This document shows positions 1 to 7,280 of a stretch of 15,355 nucleotides of DNA, piece by piece. Each line of letters starts with the position of its first letter. Positions within the stretch are counted from its first letter, which is position 1. Under the pieces are notes generated by a model. That model had not been told where the DNA came from, searched no databases, and worked only from the letters and a program-made list of their open reading frames with translations. The translations under genes and the position numbers were made by a program. The stretch is from Candidatus Bathyarchaeia archaeon (GTDB taxonomy: Archaea; Thermoproteota; Bathyarchaeia; 40CM-2-53-6), in NCBI GenBank assembly GCA_049517415.1, contig JBEKSC010000040.1, positions 1 to 15,355 on the forward strand, in the 5' to 3' direction.

Positions 1-1507
1 GCCTGTAGACCGGCCCGTATATGATCAGGCCTGATTTTCCCTCATTATCTATTCGCCTGATGAGGCTTTCAAGCTCCATTCCCGGCTGGACTTGATTGGA
101 ACTCGCATCGACAACCAACACTTTACCTGCTTTCAGGATGTCGAAGTTTGACATCAATCGTTCCCTAACAGTCGGCCTATCGACCGAGAGCACTCGAGCG
201 TTGACGGGTAGAGTGTGCTGTTCCACGGGCCCATTACAGTCAAATTCCAAGCATCGGTCCCTCATTGGATAGAATACTCGTTGGCAACCGTTGCACAACG
301 TGTAAGTCAAAGTCTTCCCGTTGTAGGGCTCGATCTCAACAATTATCCTTGGAACTTGCAGTTTAGCCTTGATAGAGCCACGCTTGTATCTCACCAGCCT
401 CTGATACGCCTCTAGGCTAATGTCCCTTCGTCTGTTCACATAGTCCCTAACTGTGGGAACTCGGCCTCTTCTTTCGAGGAGCTTTTCTTCCACACGCATC
501 CAGGTAGCTATCGTATAAGCGCCCGATCCGTACGAAACCGCGAGCACATTTTCGCCAGGTTTTGCATGGTCGAGTATGTCGCATGTGGCTATCAAAGTAG
601 CCGCGGCGTATGTGTTTCCAGTGTCGAGGACGCGCAGCCACGGTTTTACCTTCTCCTCAATGAATTGGGGCGTCAGCCGAATTCTCTCTTCGAGCTCCGG
701 ATTGTCGAGGATAGGTATCTTGTCCTGAGATAGAGTCTTGCAAGTTTTCATGGGCATGTAGCCGGACGGTTGGTGGAACGTGATGTGATCAAAATCCATG
801 AGGGACACCTCGGGGTGTTTCATCAGGAGGCTTTCGATGGCCCCGATGACGTGTTTGATGTAAGCTTCGACAGTTGTACGACCGAAGTGGCTTGGAACTG
901 TGGCTCCATCTCTTCTCCAGAAGTCCATCGTTAAGCTCGAATAGGCTGCGGTGTCAACAATTGTAGCCACCGGGCTATCTCTGCCAAGCAGAAAAGCTCC
1001 AGCGCCAGCCCCACTCGCGTACTCTAACGGGTCGCCCACCGGCGCTTGCGCGACATCTGTTCCGACAGCTAATCCGTACTTTATTCTTCCACTCAGAATT
1101 TGGCTTTCAACGAAAGCAGTTGATTGCATCCCTGAGTTGCATGCGCCTTCAAGGTCTGCAATATAGACACGGTTACCTAGGCCTAAGAAAGACGCTACAT
1201 GCCTAGCGATGGTACCAACTGCGTAAGGTTTTGATTCTGAACCAACTGCGACGGTTTCAATTTCGGCAGGGTCAACCCCCGCCATCTCCACAGCGTTCAA
1301 CGCCGCTTCGGTGGCGATTGTTATCGAGTCTTCGCTTATCCCTGCGATGGACTTATCCTTCAGCAACAAACCGTTCCTTACTTTGTCTAGGAACTGGGGC
1401 AGGTCTTCACGTTTCCTCTCACGCGCCCTAACTATGAGTTCGCTTTGGATGCGTTGCAGGGGGATGTATGTGCCGTACCCTATGATTCCTACTTTTTCAG
1501 TTCCCAT
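1..1507 (-). CDS. HMG-CoA synthase family protein (archaeal type) fused to C-terminal DUF35 Zn-ribbon/OB-fold domain; 3' end runs off window
   Basis: Translated by hand: open frame from ATG 1507 (GAGG upstream) to base 2 with no stop, 502 codons. N-terminus MGTEKVGIIGYGTYIPLQRI. Motifs GSESKPYAV, DLEGACNSG (Cys codon 1139-1141), DFWRRDG..PSHFGR, FHQP, GNTYA, VSYGSGA. Then CNGC (284-295), CLEFDC (236-253) and GMELESLIRRIDNEGKSGLIIYGPVYR, which matches a DUF35 C-terminus. Confidence 0.9.
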   Translation of the reverse strand, partial: MGTEKVGIIGYGTYIPLQRIQSELIVRARERKREDLPQFLDKVRNGLLLKDKSIAGISEDSITIATEAALNAVEMAGVDPAEIETVAVGSESKPYAVGTIARHVASFLGLGNRVYIADLEGACNSGMQSTAFVESQILSGRIKYGLAVGTDVAQAPVGDPLEYASGAGAGAFLLGRDSPVATIVDTAAYSSLTMDFWRRDGATVPSHFGRTTVEAYIKHVIGAIESLLMKHPEVSLMDFDHITFHQPSGYMPMKTCKTLSQDKIPILDNPELEERIRLTPQFIEEKVKPWLRVLDTGNTYAAATLIATCDILDHAKPGENVLAVSYGSGAYTIATWMRVEEKLLERRGRVPTVRDYVNRRRDISLEAYQRLVRYKRGSIKAKLQVPRIIVEIEPYNGKTLTYTLCNGCQRVFYPMRDRCLEFDCNGPVEQHTLPVNARVLSVDRPTVRERLMSNFDILKAGKVLVVDASSNQVQPGMELESLIRRIDNEGKSGLIIYGPVYR

Positions 1508-1528
1508 ATCGAATCCTCAGCCTGCGAA

Positions 1529-1537
1529 GGTTAAAAG
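1529..1537 (-). promoter_or_regulatory. Possible TATA box for the HMGCS-DUF35 gene
   Basis: CTTTTAACC on the minus strand 22-30 nt upstream of ATG 1507. A second AT-rich candidate, GCTTAAATA, lies at about 1560-1568. Confidence 0.3.
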
Positions 1538-1587
1538 TATGCTAGCCGAGTTTTCATCGTATTTAAGCTGGCATTACAGTCGTTCAA

Positions 1588-1598
1588 TTGCAGTGCAA
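1588..1598. promoter_or_regulatory. Palindrome TTGCA-G-TGCAA, with a near-copy at 1962-1972
   Basis: Perfect palindrome with a 1-nt spacer, in the gap upstream of the HMGCS-DUF35 gene. TTACAGTGCAA at 1962-1972 lies upstream of the SWIB-like gene. Both copies are followed by C. Confidence 0.3.
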
Positions 1599-1616
1599 CA
1601 TCGCGTGAAGTTACAG

Positions 1617-1943
1617 CTATTGCTTTACGCCGCAAAGATCGCAGAAAGTGGCTTCGCCCGGAATTTCAGCGCCACAATCTTTACACTTCTTGATTTCCGC
1701 GGAGATTGCAGGGATAACCATCGGGCTAGTCGCTGCGGGAGTTGGTTCGCTCGCTTCAGGGGTTGGCGCGCTGGTTGGAGTTGAAGTGTGTGCACGTTGA
1801 AGGTTTTTCAAGTCGTTATCCTTGATGTACTTGTGGAGGCCTTTAGAGAGCTCCGCGTAGCTCACCAGCTCCCCCGCCTTCACGCCTAGGATTGCGGATA
1901 AATTTTGGTCGGCAACCACAATCTTCTTGGTAAGCCCGCTCAT
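1617..1943 (-). CDS. Small protein with N-terminal SWIB/MDM2-like segment, Pro/Thr/Ala linker and C-terminal zinc ribbon
   Basis: GLTKKIVVADQNLSAILGVKAGELVSYAELSKGLHKYIKDNDLKN resembles the SWIB N-half (L..ilG.....r.e....lw.YIK.n.L). Low-complexity linker TPTSAPTPEASEPTPAATSP. C-terminal CKDC-x10-CDLC. Confidence 0.75.
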   Translation of the reverse strand: MSGLTKKIVVADQNLSAILGVKAGELVSYAELSKGLHKYIKDNDLKNLQRAHTSTPTSAPTPEASEPTPAATSPMVIPAISAEIKKCKDCGAEIPGEATFCDLCGVKQ

Positions 1944-1988
1944 TATGAAACCGAGAACGCTTTACAGTGCAACTCTATTTGAAGTTGC

Positions 1989-2549
1989 CTAGCCCCATGT
2001 GATGGGCGGTTTCCTCGCCAACCCATAAACTAGAAGGATTCCCCCGACCACCGCCAATGCCCACCCGATGTATGGTACACGTGGATCAGGAACGTAACTG
2101 ATTGTGACCTCGCTGTAACCGACTGAGAGAATTATGTACTTCTTGAACAGTGAAGCCCGATTGTCAAAGACAAAATGGTAGACTCCAGTGCTGGTGGTTG
2201 TGAAGTTGAAATTGAATTTGCCTTGGTCATCGGCTGAGAACAGGAAGTTTGACTGCTGGCCGGAATTCCACTTCTGGTAGTTATTGTCGTCGAGGACCAT
2301 GAACCTAATGTCACTGGACGCGTTTGTCGGGGCTTGGGTTACATCGACAGATCCTGATACGGCTACATTGGCTGGTAGGGTATAGCTTCGGTCCGCGACG
2401 TCTCCTACGAGAAATTCCGCGTGTGGTTCAACGTCCCGGGGTTGTACCTGCTGCACCTCAACTGTCACGTACGGCGCAAGCGTTGTTAGCAGCAGCATGG
2501 CAGCGATTAGGATACAAGCGCCGACTAGGGCTGTCTTGAACAGGACCAT
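1989..2549 (-). CDS. Membrane protein with emp24/gp25L/p24 (GOLD)-like beta domain between N- and C-terminal TM helices
   Basis: Likely start ATG 2549 (MVLFKTALVGACILIAAMLLL, hydrophobic); the ORF track extends to TTG 2621. DIRFMVLD...GKFNFNFTTTSTGVYHFVFDNRASLFKK matches the GOLD-like pattern. C-terminal TM IGWALAVVGGILLVYGL. Confidence 0.72.
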   Translation of the reverse strand: MVLFKTALVGACILIAAMLLLTTLAPYVTVEVQQVQPRDVEPHAEFLVGDVADRSYTLPANVAVSGSVDVTQAPTNASSDIRFMVLDDNNYQKWNSGQQSNFLFSADDQGKFNFNFTTTSTGVYHFVFDNRASLFKKYIILSVGYSEVTISYVPDPRVPYIGWALAVVGGILLVYGLARKPPITWG

Positions 2550-2738
2550 TCTGCGATCGCTAAGAATAACGGTGTGGACCATCGTTATTTGGGATTTTGA
2601 TGTGAAATAGTCAACTTTCAAGCTTTTCTCGATGACTTAACCCCTGAATGATGATTTCCCCAAGGATAGGATGCGGATGACTGAGATCGATTTTCCAACC
2701 CAGCCGGGGATTATGCTGCGATGTGATGCAGTTCTAAT

Positions 2739-2861
2739 TCAACTTGCTTTCATCGCGTCCTTGATCCTCTCCGATTGGCAGCTGTGAACTTGGAGAAAGA
2801 TAGCCACCATTATGGGGATTAGGAGAATAGCGCCGATTGATACCTTCGTAAGAGTACATAC
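2739..2861 (-). pseudogene. Remnant of the last TM segment of a KimA/YdaO-like permease paralog, inverted
   Basis: Minus strand translates VCTLTKVSIGAILLIPIMVAIFLQVHSCQSERIKDAMKAS*. This aligns with FTKFAGGAWIALLLIPMLVLLFLQVH near the C-terminus of the neighbouring permease. An in-frame TAA lies just upstream (2862-2864), with no start codon before the homologous segment. Confidence 0.6.
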
Positions 2862-2959
2862 TTAGCTCGGCTTTTCCGAAGTTAGTAAGTGAAGCCTAAT
2901 TTTTTTTAACAGGACTTGTCTTGGGCCGCCCCTACACGGAGACTTGTGGAGCTCCTGTT

Positions 2960-4387
2960 TTGGGCGAAATCAGACGCTCGATAGATTCGAGCTTGCCAAC
3001 CGCACAGACCGAACACCGAAAAGTGAGCAACCTCCAAGGGCTCGCCGCATTTTCGCCTGATGCACTGGCATCAATTGGATATGCGGATCAGGAAATCTAT
3101 CTGGGATTAGTTGTCTGTGGGAGCATCGGGCTATCCCTGGCATTTCCAATTGCATTGACCATTACTGTACTGTTGACTCTTCTGGCCCTTTCTTACTACC
3201 AGATCACCCAAACCTTCCCCTCCGGGGGTGGCTCGTATACCGTTGCTCGCTCAAACTTCGGAACGGTCCCCGGCTTAGTGGCCGCTGCGGCGCTGATTGT
3301 AGACTACCTGCTGAATGTGGCAGTGAGCCTGACAACGGGCGTTGACGCCATTACATCAGCGTTCCCTCAACTGTTGGCTGACAAAGTTTTCCTATCATTG
3401 CTACTTTTGGCCGTCATAACAATCTTGAATCTAAGAGGTATGCGTGAGACCGGTATCGTAATGGCGATACCGGTGTATCTATTCTTGGTCGCTTACCTGT
3501 CTATGCTAGCGTATGGTGGAGTACGTCTCTCGATACAGGGGCCAGTGTCATTGATCTCTACTGCCCCACCGGCCATAGTACCTCTAACCACACTCCTGGT
3601 GCTGCGTACATTTTCCACTGGGTGTACCGCGGTGACGGGAATTGAGGCTATCAGCAACGGTGTTCCGTCTTTCCGACCTCCTGCGACAAAGAATGCGGGC
3701 CAGACAATGATAATTATGTCACTTCTAATGGGCACCCTGTTTCTGGGGAGTGTCGGGCTTACGCAAATGCTCGGCGTGGTCGCCGGCCCCCAAGAAACGA
3801 TTCTATCGGCATTGGCTCGACACCTGATGGGAAGCGGCCCAGCATATCTGATCGTCCAAGCTGTTACGTTGATAATGCTCACTGTAGGAGCAAACACTAG
3901 TTTTGTTGGCTTACCACGTCTTTTGAGCGTCATGGCAGAAGACAAATTTCTTCCAAAACCACTGACCAAGGTTAATTCCCGAGGAGTATTCGCTAACGGA
4001 ATCTTGCTTCTGTCATTGTCAGCTGGAGTCTTGATTGTAGCATTCTCTGGAAGCAGCCATGCCTTGGTCCCTCTGTTTGCAGTGGGTGTGTTTCTTGCCT
4101 ACACGCTTTCGCAGGCTGGTATGGTGCGGCACTGGTGGCGCGAACGCGGTAGAAGGTGGACACCGAAGGCGATCTTGAATGGCGTAGGAGCTCTAGCGAC
4201 TGGGATCACTTTCGTTATAGTTGGCTTCACAAAATTCGCTGGTGGAGCTTGGATCGCTCTTCTCCTGATCCCGATGCTCGTTTTACTTTTCCTTCAGGTT
4301 CACAATCGTCGCAAGGAAATTGTGCCTGAGTTCTCTAGTCCTAGCGTTGTCCAAGTGACCCTAAGCTCAGCGAACATCGTGACTTGA
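2960..4387 (+). CDS. APC family permease, KimA/YdaO-like (putative K+ or amino-acid transporter), lacking the C-terminal cytoplasmic domain
   Basis: Motifs FSPDALASIGYADQEI, PSGGGSYTVA, VDYLLNVAVS, NLRGMRETG, GCTAVTGIEAISNGVP, LVPLFAVGVFLAYTLSQAGMV, TKFAGGAW, plus many hydrophobic helices. Start TTG 2960 (GGAG at 2948-2951) or TTG 2921. Confidence 0.88.
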   Translation: MGEIRRSIDSSLPTAQTEHRKVSNLQGLAAFSPDALASIGYADQEIYLGLVVCGSIGLSLAFPIALTITVLLTLLALSYYQITQTFPSGGGSYTVARSNFGTVPGLVAAAALIVDYLLNVAVSLTTGVDAITSAFPQLLADKVFLSLLLLAVITILNLRGMRETGIVMAIPVYLFLVAYLSMLAYGGVRLSIQGPVSLISTAPPAIVPLTTLLVLRTFSTGCTAVTGIEAISNGVPSFRPPATKNAGQTMIIMSLLMGTLFLGSVGLTQMLGVVAGPQETILSALARHLMGSGPAYLIVQAVTLIMLTVGANTSFVGLPRLLSVMAEDKFLPKPLTKVNSRGVFANGILLLSLSAGVLIVAFSGSSHALVPLFAVGVFLAYTLSQAGMVRHWWRERGRRWTPKAILNGVGALATGITFVIVGFTKFAGGAWIALLLIPMLVLLFLQVHNRRKEIVPEFSSPSVVQVTLSSANIVT

Positions 4388-4519
4388 ACCGTCGGGACAT
4401 CCGAAGAAGTCGGAGACTTAGTGATGTTCCTCGCGTCTGACGACTCCAAGTACATGACATGGATGCTTGTGATAATTGACAGTGGCAACATAATACAGGA
4501 AACTTATCGAAGACTTTAA
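4388..4519 (+). pseudogene. C-terminal remnant of an SDR family oxidoreductase
   Basis: Directly after the permease TGA, in the same frame: TVGTSEEVGDLVMFLASDDSKYMTWMLVIIDSGNIIQETYRRL*. This matches the SDR C-terminal pattern G.PEEva....FLASD.s.YiTG..i.iDGG, with two conserved glycines decayed (TG to TW, DGG to DSG). Confidence 0.7.
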
Positions 4520-4653
4520 TCAGCGAAGTAGCTTCAAACTCTGTAGAACACTTTGTAGCCCAAAACACGTAATTCTCTGTTTCCTCTACATGAGGCGAGA
4601 ATCACGAGTGCTGGTTAAATGGTGAAGGAAATAATGAGAGCGGGAGATGTAAG

Positions 4654-6195
4654 ATGACGCTGGTATTGCATGGTTCAGGATTGACTATTGAAGATGTTGT
4701 ACGTGTTGCACGTCACGGTGAAAAAGTGGAACTGCATCCCGATTCCATTAAGAAGATCAATTCATGCCGTGCGATGCTTGAGAAGAAAGTTCAAGCCCAC
4801 GAGATCATGTACGGTGTCAATACCGGTATAGGTGAATTATCGGAGATAGTGCTCAACGATGATCAGGTAAGAGATTTTCAGAAATATTTGATTTACAATC
4901 ATGCTGCAGGCATCGGCGATCCCATGCCTATTGACTGGGTTCGTGGTGCCATGCTCGGGCGCATCAATGTGCATGCACACGGGAATTCCGGTTGCCGCCT
5001 GGCGATTACTCAGACTTTCGTGGATATGTTGAACAAGGGTGTTACGCCTTACGTGTGCACGAAAGGATCTGTAGGTGCCTGCGGTGATTTGGCACCTATG
5101 GCGCAAATTGCTTTGCTTATGATGGGTGAAGGGCATGCCTACTACAAGGGTGAATTCTTGGAAGGCCATGTGGCGATGGAACGTGCAGGTATCCCCATTC
5201 CCGGACTGGAAGCACGCGATGGTCTAGCTGCAATTAATGGCTCCAATGTACTTACCGCCATGTCGGCCCTGATGGTATATGATACCAATAACTGGCTCAA
5301 GCAGGCTGAAATAGCCTGCGCCATGTCGCTGGAGGCGCTGAAAGCCAACCTTAAACCGTATCATGAATTAATTCTTGAAGTTCGCGGTTTCCCCGGTGGC
5401 GTCCGCAGCGCAAAATCAATCCGTAAGGTAACAGCTGGCGGTGACCTGTCTGAAGGTCATTTAAAAGTGAAGGTGCAGGATGCCTACTCGATGCGCTCCT
5501 CACCGCAGGTGATCGGTGCAGCACATGATGCACTTGCCTTTGCCCGAGTACAGGTAGAAACCGAACTTAATGGTGTGGGAGACAATCCTATTTTCTTACC
5601 GGATAAAAATCTCGCACTCTCAGGCGCCAATTTCCAGGGCTCGCCCGTTGCTTTGCCTATGGATATGGTAGGTGTCGCAGTAACTATGGTATGCGTACTT
5701 TCTGAACGCCGCATGAACCGCCTGAATAACTCTGCACTGAGCGTGGGACTTCCACCTTTCCTGGTTAAGGACGCGGGCATGTTCTCCGGGCTAATGCTAA
5801 GCCAATATACAGCCGATATGCAGATCGCGGAACAGCGAATCCTCTGTATGCCGGCTTCTATACAGTCAATTCCGGCTGCGGCTGACCAGGAAGACTTTGT
5901 TTCCATGGGCATGAACACCGCCCTGAAGAATTTCCAGATTCTCGACAATGCTTATGGTATTTTGGGAATTGAATTCATGGCTGCTGCTCAAGCCCTTGAC
6001 CTACGTAGAAAATATGAGACACCATATGAACTCGGAAAGGGAACGCAAATTGCTCATACCGTAATCCGTAAACACGTAAAGTATCTTGATATCGACCGCC
6101 CGCTCTATCCCGATCACAACAGGATGAAGGAACTGGTGAAATCATGCGAAATCCTTGTGGAAGTGGAGAAAGCTATAGGTTCCCTGGATTCCTAA
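4654..6195 (+). CDS. hutH: Aromatic amino acid ammonia-lyase, probably histidine ammonia-lyase, with Ala-Cys-Gly MIO triad
   Basis: YGVNTG (Tyr53), LIYNHAAG (His83), GSVGACGDLAP (triad residues 142-144, bases 5077-5085), VQDAYSMR, DNP, GANFQG, QEDFVSMG (HAL-type Glu rather than PAL/TAL Gln). GGAG upstream of the ATG. Confidence 0.85.
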   Translation: MTLVLHGSGLTIEDVVRVARHGEKVELHPDSIKKINSCRAMLEKKVQAHEIMYGVNTGIGELSEIVLNDDQVRDFQKYLIYNHAAGIGDPMPIDWVRGAMLGRINVHAHGNSGCRLAITQTFVDMLNKGVTPYVCTKGSVGACGDLAPMAQIALLMMGEGHAYYKGEFLEGHVAMERAGIPIPGLEARDGLAAINGSNVLTAMSALMVYDTNNWLKQAEIACAMSLEALKANLKPYHELILEVRGFPGGVRSAKSIRKVTAGGDLSEGHLKVKVQDAYSMRSSPQVIGAAHDALAFARVQVETELNGVGDNPIFLPDKNLALSGANFQGSPVALPMDMVGVAVTMVCVLSERRMNRLNNSALSVGLPPFLVKDAGMFSGLMLSQYTADMQIAEQRILCMPASIQSIPAAADQEDFVSMGMNTALKNFQILDNAYGILGIEFMAAAQALDLRRKYETPYELGKGTQIAHTVIRKHVKYLDIDRPLYPDHNRMKELVKSCEILVEVEKAIGSLDS

Positions 6196-6278
6196 CATAG
6201 GAGAACGGCTCATATCGCTAACGCAATGAGTAAATCAGACATGACCCGGATTCGGAGTATTGAAGTGGGGAGGAAATC

Positions 6279-7238
6279 ATGATCATTACCTTGCGTGACA
6301 TAGAGGACGCGAGGAAGACCATACGAGACCACGTCAACAAGACTCCGCTGATACGTTCGCAGTTTTTCTCTGATGTTTGCGGAGGAGACGTGTATCTTAA
6401 GCTCGAGAACGCGCAGGTCACAAACTCTTTCAAAATAAGAGGGGCCATCAACAGGATGATGAAGCTGAGTGCCGAGGAAAGGAAGCGGGGGATCATCGCA
6501 GCTTCGTCAGGAAATCACGCTCAAGCTATCGGTGTCGGTGCGGAGAAACTGCATTTGAAAGCAACCGTGGTCGTCCCCGAGAACTGTCCTAAAATAAAGG
6601 TTGAGAAGATCAAGAGACATAAAATCAAGTTGATTTTACATGGCGAAATATACGACGTAACAGAGCAGTATGCTCGAGAGCTTGCAAAAGAAGAAGGGCT
6701 GACATTCATCTCCGCCTACAATGATCCATTCGTCATCGCAGGACAAGGAACGGTGGGGTTAGAAATTCTCGAGGACCTTCCAGCGGTAGACACGATTATT
6801 GTGCCTGTTAGCGGAGGAAGTTTAATCTCGGGGATAGCCATCGCAGCAAAGAGCATCAAACCCAGCGTAGAGATTCTTGGAGTGCAACCTGAAACTACGC
6901 CTGCAATGTACTATTCATTGAAGGCAGGGAAGATTATTGACGTAGGAATGCGGGATACTATAGCGGACGGTTTATCCGGAAACATCGAGAAAGGGTCAAT
7001 AACGTTTGAGATGGTTCAACGGTACGTAGACGAAGTTCTGCTATACGATGAAGAAACCATTAGGAAAGCAATTCGTGTGCTATGGGAAAAAGAGGGGCAA
7101 GTTGCCGAAGGATCTGGAGCAATCTCGATTGCTCCAATCATGAATAGTGGACAGAGATTCGCGGGGAAGAGAACAGTTGCTGTGATAAGTGGCGGAAACA
7201 TCGACAACCGAGTCCTTCAAGACATATTGGCCTCGTAA
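6279..7238 (+). CDS. Threonine/serine dehydratase family PLP enzyme (fold type II), without ACT domains
   Basis: KLENAQVTNSFKIRGA (PLP Lys), SSGNHAQ, AGQGTVGLEI, VSGGSLISG, ISGGNID. 319 aa. GGAGG upstream. Confidence 0.92.
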   Translation: MIITLRDIEDARKTIRDHVNKTPLIRSQFFSDVCGGDVYLKLENAQVTNSFKIRGAINRMMKLSAEERKRGIIAASSGNHAQAIGVGAEKLHLKATVVVPENCPKIKVEKIKRHKIKLILHGEIYDVTEQYARELAKEEGLTFISAYNDPFVIAGQGTVGLEILEDLPAVDTIIVPVSGGSLISGIAIAAKSIKPSVEILGVQPETTPAMYYSLKAGKIIDVGMRDTIADGLSGNIEKGSITFEMVQRYVDEVLLYDEETIRKAIRVLWEKEGQVAEGSGAISIAPIMNSGQRFAGKRTVAVISGGNIDNRVLQDILAS

Positions 7239-7280
7239 GCTTGGAAAACGGTCACTCTGCGGCGTAGCGAACTCCTTGGG

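Noticed and set aside
215..1784. Short ORF-track entries 215-415, 447-641, 951-1166, 1231-1431, 1311-1784
   Set aside because: Shadow frames overlapping the HMGCS-DUF35 and SWIB-like genes, with no recognisable motifs.
2622..2959. c-di-AMP (ydaO) riboswitch upstream of the KimA-like gene
   Set aside because: No recognisable ydaO consensus architecture by eye. Much of the region is better explained as an inverted gene remnant.
4385..4387. TGA readthrough (selenocysteine) fusing the permease to the SDR tail
   Set aside because: The downstream peptide is a degenerate fragment that cannot form an SDR domain, and no SECIS-like element is evident.
6226..6282. 18-codon ORF MSKSDMTRIRSIEVGRKS overlapping the dehydratase start (ATGA)
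   Set aside because: Too short to support. No Thr/Ile/His-rich leader composition or attenuator structure, so compatible with chance.
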